Shown: positions 1 to 13,300 of the stretch, piece by piece | Position numbering within the stretch: the first letter of the stretch is position 1 | How the letters are laid out: every line of letters begins with the position of its first letter | Assembly: GCA_965202585.1 (NCBI GenBank) | Contig: OZ241828.1 | Span: 41,168,001-41,232,000, forward strand | DNA length: 64,000 nucleotides | Direction: 5' to 3' | Source: Thalia democratica | Lineage: Eukaryota | Notes under the pieces: model-generated | What the model was told of the DNA's origin: nothing | The model's database searches: none | Seen by the model: the letters and a program-made list of their open reading frames with translations, nothing else | Position numbers and translations under genes: made by a program

Positions 1-3000
1 GTAGTTTACTTAACTTAAAAAAACTTCAAACTTTCTTTAATTTTACAAAACTGAGCTATTAGTTGTTTAAAGTAACAATAAATTAAAGTAGAAACATTGT
101 TTTAAATGCCTTAACTTAAAAATTCAAGCTTAAACTTAAAGACTCGTCGTTGGTTTCAGTCATCTTGCACTTATGCTCTAAATTTTGTGGTTGTAATTTT
201 AATAAATTGTCTCAAGCTTAAATGTTTTTATGTACAATAAATAGTTCTCTGTAATGACTACTGCAACAAGTAATTTAATCAAATTTTTAGTGTTTAGGTT
301 GTATAGAGACTAATTTGTACTTAAAAAAAGAATATTGTTAATAATGTAGATTTTATTGAGTAAAACTTTTTGTTTGTATAAACAGGCAAAATAAAAACCA
401 TTATATAAGTACATTTAATTACTGACATAAAAAAAAGATAAAATATTTTTTATTAACAATGCAACATACTTTAAACAGTATTTTACAAAAGTATTTTTGA
501 AAAGTAAAACAAAAACGTGTTTTATAAGAGTTGTTAATCTGAATATATATAGCCAACAAACACGTCAAAGATTTGAAATTTATCATGAAGTAACTTTAAA
601 GTCATTTAAATAAATAAAAATACTATGATAAAACTATTTAAAACTTAAGCAAAATTAATAATTTCAGAAAAATGTTTACTCACACACATAAATTCGGAGT
701 GTAATAGTTAAAGAATTTGCGAAAAAAAAGCCTAACTGTTAATAGTTTATAAAAATTGTTCTGTTACTTTTAATAAATTAGGAACATTTCAACATGTCTT
801 AAACATTTATCCCTACATTTTATTATAAATTTTTTCTACGAATTCTAAAATTTTCTGTTCAGTATTTTTTGGCATTCCACTTGGCATATTATAAATATCT
901 GAAAAAAAAAAATTATTAGTTAACTTAATTTACAATTTTAGTTTAAATTTTGGTAAACCTTATAGTGTTTTTAAATTACTTGATTTTTTAAATCATTAAA
1001 CAAAACGTTTTGCTAGATTATAGCTTGTATAAACTACTAAACTTAAATGCATACTATCAGAATGCACTCATTGTTATATTATATAGCTTTTAAATATAGA
1101 TTAAGTTACCCAAACAAGGTATATACTTATAAAGTGGTTAAATGTTTATTTGTTTTTGAGTTATCCTGCTGATAAAAAAAAGATTGATACTTTTGAAGCA
1201 GGTAAATCGATCCATCAAATTTTAAAGATATTCTATAAAGCTTTTCAAAAGTTTAAAGCTTATTATCAAAAGATTTTTTTAAATGATATGATGGTAGTCT
1301 TGTAGTGTTTATCAACAAAAAATAACTAAAAAGTAATAAAAGTTCGTAGAGTTATTGAAAACTTACAAACTTTATAGCAATAAGCATTTAAAGAGTATTA
1401 TTATTAAATTTACTAATAATATATAAGTATGTAGGTATAATTGCCTTTGAGTTTGCACGCATATACTAAAAAGAGTTAAATATTTAAATTGCAATAAACT
1501 AGATTAAAGTTACATTTAGTTGTATTGGTTTGGCAATCTATTTCTATAGTTTTTTTTTTGTTTTAACTTATAACTATTATTAATTTTTGTTAACTCTTCA
1601 TTTAAATTTGATAACCTATAAAAAAAGTATTTGGTCACGAAAATTATACAATTTAGTTTTAATGATTAAAGTTTTATCAAATAGATGGCATTGAGATTGG
1701 AAGACTTTTTATTCTTGCTAATATTTTTGTCGATAGTTATCAAAATATTCACAATGGATAGCAGCACGCAACTTTTGTATTTTAGGTAGGTTAATGACAG
1801 TTTTGCTATTTTTTCTTTCTAAAAGTAGTGTCTACAACTTCTTTATTTCGCTAAATAAGACGTATAAATGCATAGTTTATACCTTTCAAGATGAAATTTT
1901 CAGAAAAATAAAATTTTTAGACATAAAAATTATTGGAAACAGAAACAAGACCTTTTTTACTACCATGTTCAGAAAAGACAATTTTACTGCACATTACGAA
2001 TCCTTGAAATCATTTTGTCCTACGATAAAAAAACTGAAGACCATACAATGCATAACTTATAGAGCCATTAAAATTTGCACGGCCGACTGCTTGAATTTAG
2101 AATTGGACAATATTTACAAAAAACAATTCTCATTAGGTTACCCCGCAACAGTCATCATGAAGACAATAAAGGCAACTCTGTCCAAAATGAAACCGCTTAC
2201 CATCCTTCGGCCCACATTCTTGCCCAGTCTACTTCCTTATATGGATGAAAACTCAATTAAGCTAAGCAAACCTCATTAGCTAGATTATCCAACTTTAAAC
2301 GCGTTCCGCTACGTGTTGTGTACAACAAAGGAAACTTCTACCCGTAAATTAAGTAATGTAGTTTTATAAATTGCGAAAATGACTACGTAGGTCGTGCGTC
2401 ACAACTTTTCAAGCGTACGTCATATTAAACACTTTTAAACTTTAATTGCCAAGTAAAGAAGGTGTCCATTCATAAATATCTGCTCAACTGTTTGTGCTGA
2501 AAACTTCATGGATAGTAGAAAGTTCTATCTAGAGCGAGAAACACTGCTCTCAGTTCTAGAAGAATTTTTCGCTAAAACTCGAGTGCCGAAACTTTTAAAA
2601 CAACCAGATTTCATAATTTAAAACTATGGAAATAGCAAATTTTTATTTTTTTGTTATTGTTGCAGCTTTTTGTAAAGCTTTACTTTTTAATTCAAGTAAA
2701 ATTTTCATAGTACTTAATGTTTTCATTCTATTAATTCAACCTTAAAAAAGCCTTAAATCCGTAAAATTTAACTCAATTCTTTTTAAAACCTTTACACAGA
2801 CTTTTACATTTGACTCTTAATAATTGTCTATTTTAGCTTGATGTTCTAAAATCTTTATTCTATGCTAGAATTTGTACTTCAATTTTATCAGTTTTTAGCA
2901 ACTTTATTTTGATGACGTGCAAAACAAAACTTATAAATAAACTTTCTTTTAAAATCAGTGATTTATATTATAATCTTTTTAATATAAATCAGTACCAAAA

Positions 3001-3974
3001 ATCAGCGCCTTTTCTAATTTTCATGCAAACTTTTTATTTGTTCACAAAATGTTCAGACAATAGCTGTTATAAACTACTAAATTTTCTTACAAAATGACAT
3101 TATCACGTAAAATAAGATTACCAACCATTTTTGTAACCATCTTGATTTTCTTGGTTATCTTCAATTTCTCCACTTTCATCAGCCAATGATAATTGTTCAT
3201 TGACATTGACAAAACTAACGTCACTTAGTGTTGAAGTGTCGCTTAGTGGTGAAGGCTACATTTCACTTAGCAGGCTAACATCTTAAAGTTTTTGTTAAGT
3301 AAATATACAAATTTACATTATATATTTCATGTGAAACTGTTTAACTGTGAATGTAGTTTTATTCTTTACATAACTTGTAATTTTAGATCCCAAGTCATTA
3401 ATGTTTTAAACAGCATGTTTTGTTGTCAACTTAAATAGTAATCATAATTTCAATAAAGTTTTTCAACAAAAACCAACCATTTTCGAAGTTTTCTTCGTCT
3501 TGAACAGGTTTACCATTTGCAAAATAAGCGATCAAATTAAAAAGCAAGAACAAACAAAGCTTCTTACTAAATGTTAAAACAAGTTTCAAGTAGTGTGTGC
3601 TAGCGAAGAAATTTACTGGCAATGTATACTGCTCTCTAAACCTACGCAGATAAAAACCCACAAAAATTAGTTTTAATTTTAGTAACACCACCTTCGCTTA
3701 TTTCCTGAAGTGTCTGCACGTACACTTGTACTAAAAAGTTCAAAGTACAAACATAAGTAGCTTTGATGTTAAATAACTGACTTTTTAAACAGTTAGTTGT
3801 TTTTAATCACATTTAAGTACAGATTACAACCAAAAATAAACAAATAAATCTGTTAAGAAAAACACGAATAAATTTTCAAGATTTAAATATTTTTTTTTGG
3901 TTTAATGAAATAATATTTGTAAAATAAAACTAATTGAACAAACTGTTATATTAAAAAAAATGAGTTAGCCATTT
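1..3974. repeat. Left arm of a large inverted repeat (may extend left of the window)
   Basis: 1-130 is the reverse complement of ~11346-11475; 1241 mirrors 10237; 3961-3974 mirrors 6638-6652. Mirrored ORFs include 3431..3691(-) vs 6873..7184(+) and 2909..3097(+) vs 7537..7749(-). Confidence 0.95.
1100..2620 (+). mobile_element. Degenerate Penelope-like retroelement (RT + GIY-YIG endonuclease)
   Basis: Decayed PLE motifs in order: DGIEIG..LANIF (cf. DGVAMGSPL..LANIF); LLYFR*VNDSFAIF (cf. RYVDD); KFLDIKI..MFRKDNFT..YRAIKICT..LELDNI..LGYP (ORF 1794-2279, RT C-terminus); SNVV..CENDYVGRAS (GIY-YIG); LSVLEEFF..PKLLKQ. Multiple stops and frameshifts. The 5' limit is approximate. Confidence 0.85.
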
Positions 3975-6900
3975 AAGCTTTCAACAAGCCAATAAATATA
4001 AACAAAAATTTGAAGTCTTATTAGCACTAAACTAAAGTTAAATCTACATCTTTTACATGCAAAGCGTTTAAAGTTTTGTTAAGCTTTTAGCTAGTCTACT
4101 ATTTCTATAAACTTTACACATAACAACTTATTTTTTTAGGAAATCTACTTTTCATTTAAATAAGAAAAATATTAAAAAATAAAAAACAACAATTTATTGA
4201 TGTACTTAAAAAAAGACTGAATAAAAACACATGTCATATACTTCAGAAATATACCGAGTATATAATTTATGTATGATATACCTTATTTAACTTTTTGATG
4301 AGCTTTCAACTATTTCTGCTTAAAAAAACATTCAACATTGGACTAAATTATACTTATAGTAATAATTTTACAACCGTTAAATTAGTTTTGATATTTATTT
4401 AATTTGTTTGTTTTCATAGAAAATTGTAGTTTAAGCATATTTTATGCTTAGTACATATTAGTTTAATATAATAACAACTTTCAGGTAAGTTGCCAACACA
4501 AACAGACTTACTTTATCTTGTTCTAATGTTGTTTTTCGTGTTAAATATTCTATTTTTGATTTCAAAGGGCCTAAAAGGGAGGTCCAACAAAATTGCTCAC
4601 AAAAATTAACATTGGTTATTTTATGAGCTCAGAGTCTATACTTTAAATTATTTTTCATAAAACAAACAAAATTCCAATTAATTTTTGACATATAATTAGT
4701 TTTGTATAAATAAATCCGATATAAGCATAAAGAACTAAAAGTTTCAAATTTTCTCTGAACTTTTAAAAGTTTAATAAAATTCTATCTCTCCTTCATTTTT
4801 TAAGAAGTTGACATCAATTTTTTAGCAAACTTTTTTTTTGCATTATAAGGAAAAATCTAATTCAAGCTATTTTTAGAACATTAATGAATAAAAGTTTTAA
4901 GACCAAAAGAAGATAAAAGTTAATATATTTTCTACAAATTACAATAAAGAGTATATTTTAATTTTCATAGTTATTTTAAACCTACAAAAAAAATGTTTAT
5001 TGTTAAACTAAGATTAAAATGTAAAAGTTTGAGAAAGACTGCTTAAAACCTGCAGGAGAAAATAGTTTTTAAATGAATTAGTTTTTTTTACAAAGCGCAG
5101 AAATTGCTTCAATATCCTTTTATTTGCGTGTTTCTACGGCTAACGACGCAGTTTGGGGTGCAAACAAGTTATTGCTGTTTAGTGTGGATTGATTTTTATC
5201 CGCTTGAAGACCACTGACATAGTAAATCTTTTTAAGCGGGGAAAACTCACCAACTGTTGCTGCTGGTATCTTCTATTTAGCTTAGAGTTAGTGATAAACT
5301 ATTTTAACAAGATTATGTAGATAAATCATTTTTTATGGTCAAAATCGATGTTAAATAATATTTAGTTTATTTAAGATCTTAAGAAAATCTGATGTAAAAA
5401 ATCCATTCGGACCGAGAGTCTCGGTCATCGAGTCGTGCACTACTTGCTGTGAACTTTAATTTAACAAGCTTAAAAGAAATCAAAGGTAAGACATTATAGT
5501 TATGCAATTTTTGATAATACAACTATATACTAAAACAATAAATAAGTATTTCGGTTAAACTTATAGCTTTACAAATTAATAATGACTGTTTAAAAAGTTT
5601 GTGCGCGCTGTACAGTGTTTAAGCTTTTTACAAACCATTGATACGGAAAATTCACTGAAATTTTTATGAACATTTAAAATTTAAAATTCACTATTAGTTT
5701 GATATGCACAAAGTTTCTTTGCAAAAATATGTCAAAATAACTTGAAAATAAATTTTATATTTGCAAATTCAAAAGCTTTAAAGTACTTCTTCTAAGTTTG
5801 ATCGATACCAATAATTTTTTTAAGTTTATACAACAAAACATTTCACACAAAGCAGCAGAAGCACAGAATTGTTTATACTTCATGTTCAAGTCGATCAGTA
5901 CAACTTTATCAGTTTTTTCTAAGTATATGTTATCAAAAAGTAAGTAAACCTTTCTAAACTTTTATATGTTTTATACGTTAGCTGACAAACTATGTGATAA
6001 AAAGCTATAAATACGCTTATTTTTAATCATTTCAATCTAATATTTTAATTTAAAAGTGTAAATACTACAACAAAATCCTTTACATCAGTTTATGATGTTC
6101 GGCGTTAGTGTACAAAATGGTATCATCAGGTTCATCAACGTCATTTAAGCGGTTTTATTTGTGTAGACTATCGCCGAATATTTTTTGTTTATTGTACTGT
6201 ACAGATGCAATTCTTATGTGAATTTGAAAAAAAAATTGATAAATATATCTTTGTTCAGTCTCTTTGTTACTATTTTGACCTTTATTAAGTTTGAATGATA
6301 AATTTGATTGTTAAGTTTTGTATAATGTAAAACAAAGTATTTAGTTATAAATCTTAAAAAAGCCAACAATTGTTTTTAATTGAGAAAGTACACCATAGTT
6401 GTCTTATAGTTTGTTTGAAACATGCTATGGCTCGACAAAGCAGAAGTCTCCGTAATACGATTTTCTGTTGGGTTTTTTTATCAATAAAAATAATCTTTTT
6501 ATAAATGATTTTAATTAGCCTCTTTAACTCGATTAACCGCATGGTGTACAACTCGATAAACCGGAAGGTTTTTCCTGCATCAGATCCGAGGGCCAAATAT
6601 TTTAAGCGTTTTATTGTCGTGCAATAAACTAATTCTAAAATGGCTCACTCATTTCTTCTATTATAACAGTTTGTTCAATTAGTTTTATTTAACAAATATT
6701 ATTTCATTAAACCAAAAAATATATTTAAATCTTAAAAATTTATTCGTGTTTTTCTTATCAGATTTATCTGTTTATTTTCGGTTGTAATCTGTACTTAAAT
6801 GTAATTAAAAACAACTAACTGTTTAAAATAAAAAGTCAGTTATTTAACATCAAAGCTACTTATGTTTGTACTTTGAACTTTTTAGTACAAGTGTACGTGC

Positions 6901-8014
6901 AGAAACTTCAGGAAATAAGCGAAGGTGGTGTTACTAAAATTAAAATTAATTTTTGTGGGTTTTATCTGCGTAGAATTAGAGAGCAGTATACATTGCAAGT
7001 AAATTTCTTCGCTAGCACACAATACTTGAAACTTGTTTTAACATTTAGTATGAAGCTTTGTTTGTTCTTGCTTTTTAATTTGATCGCTTATTTTGCAAAT
7101 GGTAAACCTGTTCAAGACGAAGAAAACTTCGAAAATGGTTGGTTTTTGTTGAAAAACTTTATTGAAATTATGATTACTATTTAAGTTGACAACAAAACAT
7201 GCTGTTTAAAACATTAATGACTTGGGATCTAAAAATTACAAGTTATGTAAAGAATAAAACTACATTCACAGTTAAACAGTTTCACATGAAATATATAATG
7301 TGAATTTGTATATTAACTTAACAAACACTTTAAGATGCTAGCCTGCTAAGTGAAATGGAGCCTTCACCACTAAGTGACATTTCACCACCAAGCGACACTT
7401 TAACACTAAGTGACGTTAGTTTTGTCAATGTCAATGAATAATTATCATTGGCTGATGAAAGTGGAGAAATTGAAGATAACCAAGAAAATCAAGATGGTTA
7501 CAAAAATGGTTGGTAATTTTATTTTACGTGATAATGTCATTTTATAAGGAAATTTAGTAGTTTATAACAGCTATTGTCTGAAAATTTTGTGAACAAATAA
7601 AAAGTTTGCATGGAAATTAGAAAAGGCACTGATTTTTGGTACTGATTTATATTAGAAAGATTATAATATAAATCACTGATTTTAAAAGAAAGTTTATTTA
7701 TAAGTTTTGTTTTGCACGTCATCAAAATAAAGTTGCTAAAAACTGACAAAATTGAAGTACAAATTCTTGCATAGAATAAAGATTTTAGAACATCAAGCTA
7801 AAATAGACAATTATTAAGAGTCAAATATAAAAGTCTGTGTAAAGGTTTTAAAAAGAATTGAGTTAAATTTTACGGATTTAAGGCTTTTTTAAGGTTGAAT
7901 TAATAGAATGAAAACATTAAGTACTATGAAAATTTTACTTGAATTAAAAAGTAAAGCTTTACAAAAAGCTGCAAGAATAATAAAAAAATAAAAATTCGCT
8001 ATTTCCATAGTTAT

Positions 8015-10380
8015 AAATTACAAAATCTGGTTGTTTTAAAAGTTTCGACACTCGAGTTTTAGCGAAAAATTCTTCTAGAACTGAGAGCAGTGTTTCTCGC
8101 TCTAGATAGAACTTTCTACTATCCATGAAGTTTTCAGCACAAACAGTTGAGCAGATATTTATGAATGGACACCTTCTTTACTTGGCAATTAAAGTTTAAA
8201 TGTTTTTACTATGACATCACCGTTGAAAAGTTGTGACGCACGACCTACGTAGTCATTTTTGCAATTTATAAATCTACATTACTTAATTTACGGGTAGAAG
8301 TTTCCTTTGTTGTACACAACACGTAGCGGAACGCGTTTAAAGTTGGATAATCTAGCTAATGAGGTTTGCTTAGCTTAATTGAGTTTTCATCCATATAAGG
8401 AAGTAGACTGGGCAAGAATGTGGGCCGAAGGATGGTAAGCGGTTTCATTTTGGACATAGTTGCCTTTATTGTCTTCATGATGACTGTTGCGGGGTAACCT
8501 AATGAGAATTGTTTTTTGTAAATATTGTCCAATTCTAAATTCAAGCAGTCGGCCGTGCAAATTTTAATGGCTCTATAAGTTATGCTGTAGTCCTCCATTG
8601 CCTGGGGTAGGAACTACCCTTAATTAGGAGAAGTCCCCTTTTATGTGCTAACGCTTAGCGCGTTTAGCTCTTAAGGCTTTTACTGAATTTACCTTACTCA
8701 TTAGGTTTAACTTAGTAATTAATAAGTATGTAATAAACTTAATATATATAATCTCTTTAATGTAGTGAGTTTATTGAAAACGTGATGTTAATGTGAAAAT
8801 TAGGAAGTAGAAATAATAAAGCAGCCAATTTATCAGTAGAATAAAACTGCGAATATAAACACAACAAGAAAACACCAAAACCTTCAACTTAAAATGTCTT
8901 AATAATGTTCTTAAAGTGTCTGAATGACACAATCTTAAACACAAAATAGGTCTTACTAAAAATACTACTAATAATACAGAGTCTTAATATATGTCGTGCT
9001 TCATGCACAACGATGGCTAAACTAAGCACAATATAGTACGATAAAGCAAATAAGTTTCAAGATCTTATAAAACGAAAATAATAAAATAGTTCTTATAATG
9101 AGTTCGTGTGCCTCTCGCACGGTCTTATACAGTTATACAAATAAAGATAAAGTTCTTATAAAAAGACAATGATAACAAAGTTCTTAAATTCAATCAGTGT
9201 CTTAAGTTCTTAAAATTAATGTGCTTTTTGCACGATCTCATGGCTAACTGAGCCAAAAACAAAAATAACGAACAACATATCGAGCTGCGCGTAGTGCGCA
9301 AGCTCGGGCCTAATGAGCATTATAACAAACATTTTTAAAGTTTTATTGTGTAATTTGATATAAAATTGTCTAACGCCCCCTGGCGGTCATTTAAAATACA
9401 ACAAAATGCATATTTTGTTACAATGCATTGTATGGTCTTCAGTTTTTTTTATCGTAGGACAAAATGATTTCATGGATTCGTAATGTGCAGTAAAATTGTC
9501 TTTTCTGAACATGGAAGTAAAAAAGGTCTTGTTTCTGTTTCCAATAATTTTTATGTCTAAAAATTTTTTTTTTTTTTTAAATTTCATCTTGAAAGGTTTA
9601 AACTATGCATTTATGCGTCTTATTTAGCGAAATAAAAAAGTTGTAGTCACTACTTTTAGAAAGAAAAAATAGCAAAACCGTCATTAACCTACCTAAAATA
9701 CAAAAGTGGCGTGCTGCTATCCATTGTGAGTATTTTGATAACTATCGACAAAAATATTAGCAAGAATAAAAAGTCTTCCAATCTCAATGCCATCTATTTG
9801 ATAAAACTTTAAATCATTAAAACTAAATTATATAATTTTCGTGACCTTATACTTTTTTTATAGGTTATCAAATTTAAATGAAGAGTTAACAAAAATTGTT
9901 AATAGTTATAAGTTAAAACAAAAAAAAAACTATGCAAATAGATTGCCAAACCAATACAACTAAATGTTACTTTAATTTAGTTTATTGCAATTTAAATATT
10001 TAACTCTTCTTAGTATATGCGTGCAATCTCAAAGGCAATTATACTTACATACTTATACATTATTGGTAAATTTAATAATAATACTCATTAAATGCTTATT
10101 GCTATAAAGTTTGTAAGTTTTCCATAACTCTACGAATTTTTATTACTATTTAGTTATTTTTGTTGATAAACACTACAAGACTACCATCATATCATTTAAA
10201 AACAACTTTTAAAAATAAGTTTGAAACTTTTGAAAAGCTTTATAGAATATCTTTGAAATTTAATAGGTCGATTTACCTGCTTCAAAAGTATCAATCTTTT
10301 TTTTTTTATCAGCACGATAACTCAAAAACAAATAAACATTTAACCACTTTAAAATATTTACCTTGTTTGAGCAACTTAAT
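8015..10380 (-). mobile_element. Degenerate Penelope-like retroelement, inverted copy, interrupted by a solo LTR
   Basis: Mirror of 1100-2620. ORFs 9387..9587 and 8356..8598 are the two halves split by the insertion at 8586-9422. Confidence 0.85.
8586..9422. mobile_element. Solo LTR (837 bp), probably Ty3/Gypsy-type
   Basis: Begins TGTAG and ends TTACA (TG..CA termini, TGTA/TACA inverted ends). Flanked by the 4-bp direct repeat ATGC (8582-8585, 9423-9426). The empty site agttATGCattgtatgg is present, inverted, in the left arm near 2045-2070. Confidence 0.85.
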
Positions 10381-13300
10381 CTATATTTAAAAGCGATTTA
10401 ATATAACAATGAGTGCATTCTGATAGTATGCATTTAAGTTTAGTAGTTTATACAAGCTATAATCTAACAAAACGTTTTGTTTAATGATTTAAAAAATCAA
10501 GTAATTTAAAAACACTATAAAGTTTACAAAAATTAAAATTAAATTGTAAATGAAGTTAACTTTTAATTTTTTTTTTCAGATATTTATAATATGCCAAGTG
10601 GAATGCCAAAAAATACTGAACAGAAAATTTTAGAATTCGTAGAAAAAATTTATAACAAAATGTAGGGATAAATGTTTAAGACATGTTGAAATGTTCCTAA
10701 TTTATTAAAAGTAACAGAACAATTTTTATAAACTATTAACAGTTAGGTTTTTTTTTCCGAAAATTCTTTAACTATTACACTCCGAATTTATGTGTGTGAG
10801 TAAACATTTTTCTGAAATTATTAATTTTGCTTAAGTTTTAAATAGTTTTATCATAGTATTTTTATTTATTTAAATGACTTTAAAGTTACTTCATGATAAA
10901 TTTAAAATCTTTGACGTGTTTGTTGGTTATATATATTCAGATTAACAACTCTTATAAAACACGTTTTTGTTTTACTTTTCAAAAATACTTTTGTAAAATA
11001 CTGTTTAAAGTATGATGCATTGTTAATAAAAAATATTTTATCTTTTTTTTATGTCAGTAGTATAATGCAGTTATATAATCGTTTTTATTTTGCCTGTTTA
11101 AACAAACAAAAAGTTTTACTCAATAAAATCTACATTATCAACAATCTTCTTTTTTAAGTACAAATTAGTCTCTATACAACCTAAACACTAAAAATTTGAT
11201 TGAATTAGTTGTTGCAGTAGTCATTACAGAGAACTATTTATTATACATATAAACATTTAAACTTGAGACAATTTATTAAAATTACAACCACAAAGTTTAG
11301 AGAATAAATGCAAGATGACTGAAACCAACGACGAGTCTTTAAGCTTAAGCTTGAATTTTAAGTTAAGGCATTTAAAACAATGTTTCTACTTTAATTTATT
11401 GTTACTTTAAACAACTTATTGCTCAATTTTATAAAATTAAAGATAGTTTGAAGTGTTTTTAAGTTAAGTAAACTACACAAGGTTTGTACTGATTAAAAAA
11501 AAAAATTGCAAAAATCAGCTTTCAATGATTTTTAATATACATTGCATAAATTTTTGAAGCACTTTAAATAAAAGGGTTATCTTTTATTTAAATAGAAGAG
11601 AAAATTAAACTTAAATGTTTTTAGAAAAAATCAGTAATAACTTAGTAAGAAAAATAAAACAAAATACAGCTTTATGTTTATTATAAGCTTTAAAGAAAAT
11701 TTTTAAAATTTCATTTAACATACATTAGACTACTTTTTTAATAAGTAAAAACATTACGATTGCAATTATATTTAGACTAAGTAAAAAATACCTACAAAAA
11801 ATTCTTTTTTTGTTGCACTTACACATGTTTCTGTGTTTTAACGGACTAAACACTTTAACGGTGCTCTTTAAAAAACAGACATTGTTAGAAAAGAAATGCA
11901 GCTAAAGTAGGTGTATTCATAACTTTTTTTTTTCCTTACAGTACTATTTTTTACAGAGATCCGTTGAAGTATGTTAATTTGTTAACACACCGAAACGTGT
12001 GTTAGTGTAATAAAATAAGGATACTGTATAACTCTTAATTATAATATATTCCAGTGATTTTGTTTCGCTAGGATCTTTTGTTAACTTACGACCAAATTTA
12101 TATTTTGAATAGTTACAAAAAAAATCTAGTTTTTTTAAAGTTTTGTTTTTAAAGGTTGATTGTGTCAAAAAAAGCTTTCTTTTTTTAAATTGATTATTTT
12201 ATAATTATGTGATTATCAAAAGCCCACAGATTTTACTTGTAATAAATAAAAAAAAGCATGGTCTTAAATACTTAAAATTCAAACAAGTAATTTAATGGCT
12301 GGAACTACTACAAAAGTAGAGAAAAATAAAACTAGATTATGTCAATTATTACATACTAAACCTATACTTTTTATGGAATTAGTTTATTGAGCGACAATAA
12401 AACGCTCAAAATACTTGTTCCCCGGGCGTGATGCACAAAAAACCTTTCGGTTAATCTAGTTGTAGACCATGCGGATACATTTTAACGTCTTGTTCAAAAA
12501 AATTAAACATATAAACCAAATTCTTTATCATTATAACTAACTAGATTTTTAAAATCAGTTTATAAACTATTTTGAAGAAGTTTTTTAAACTTCTGAAAAA
12601 CTTTTTTATGTTTTTATTCTTTTAGCGGTGCAATAGTTTTTGCTTTTTCTTTAGGTTATGAAACGCGCCTATAAAATATTCTCCATGATAAAGCAGTTTT
12701 TAGTAAATGTCAATTTTATAAACGTAAAAGTTTAAAGAAATAAATATTTTTCGATGTGGGTATTCTGTGACTATTATATAACCCTTACGTTGTCAAAAAA
12801 CAAAGTATTTTTATAACTTTATTTTGAAGATTCAAAGTAAACACTTTCATATCATAACAGTTATAAAAAGGAGATTTTTAATTTGCTCTTTAACTTTTTC
12901 TTTTTTTTGTTCTACAAAAAATCAACCTACAAGAACTATTTTTATTTTTAATAGTTTTCGCGCAAAAAATTGTTTAAATTTTGAGTGTTTTTTTTTCACA
13001 ACAGCCTACATTTTAATAAAAATATCCTAAGTAAGAAATTTTAATTTAAGAAATATATTAAAAAACTCAGTCACTAATCACTTGTTTACTTAATAATGGC
13101 GTACTTATATATCAAGCAAAGTTTGAACGTTAATCAAAACAAAAAGATTTACTATCTAAAAATGTTTAAAAATGTATCTAAAACTATTATATAAAGTGTT
13201 TAAAAACTAAACTATAAAACAAGTTTGCTTAGGTTTTTGAATTAACAAGCATTCGATTTAAATAACAAACGTTATAAGAAGTTCTTAACTACATTACAAA

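Larger units (their letters stand above)
6880..11000 (+). pseudogene. Exon-like remnants of an unidentified spliced gene in the right IR arm (mirrored on the minus strand in the left arm)
   Basis: Splice-bounded open segments: QVYVQKLQEISE (~6888), DESGEIEDNQENQDGYKNG (~7455-7510), IYNMPSGMPKNTEQKILEFVEKIYNK after a tttttttcag acceptor (~10580-10660), FRKFFNYYTPNLC before gtgag (~10750-10797). The two arms carry different stops and frameshifts. Confidence 0.3.
6638..11475. repeat. Right arm of the large inverted repeat (contains an 837-bp solo LTR absent from the left arm)
   Basis: Reverse complement of 1-3974 with scattered substitutions and small indels; spacer is 3975-6637. Confidence 0.95.

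Noticed and set aside
2909-3691. Short ORFs in the track (62-103 aa) and their mirrored or duplicated copies, plus the other 60-93 aa AT-rich ORFs
   Set aside because: Low-complexity F/L/K/I-rich translations typical of AT-rich non-coding DNA; their recurrence is explained by the inverted and tandem duplications, not by conservation.
5410-5426. Perfect palindrome gaccgaga-g-tctcggtc as the centre of the giant inverted repeat
   Set aside because: The arm midpoint is near 5306 with a 2.66-kb non-palindromic spacer; this short palindrome overlaps a copy of the dispersed hairpin repeat instead.
7440-7480. CTGATGA..GAAA as a possible hammerhead
   Set aside because: No helix II or helix III pairing can be formed; the segment reads better as an acidic coding remnant (ADESGEIE).
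9374-9386. CTCF-like motif cgccccctggcgg in the solo LTR
   Set aside because: Single motif inside a TE; CTCF is generally reported as bilaterian-restricted and the host is uncertain; no functional evidence.
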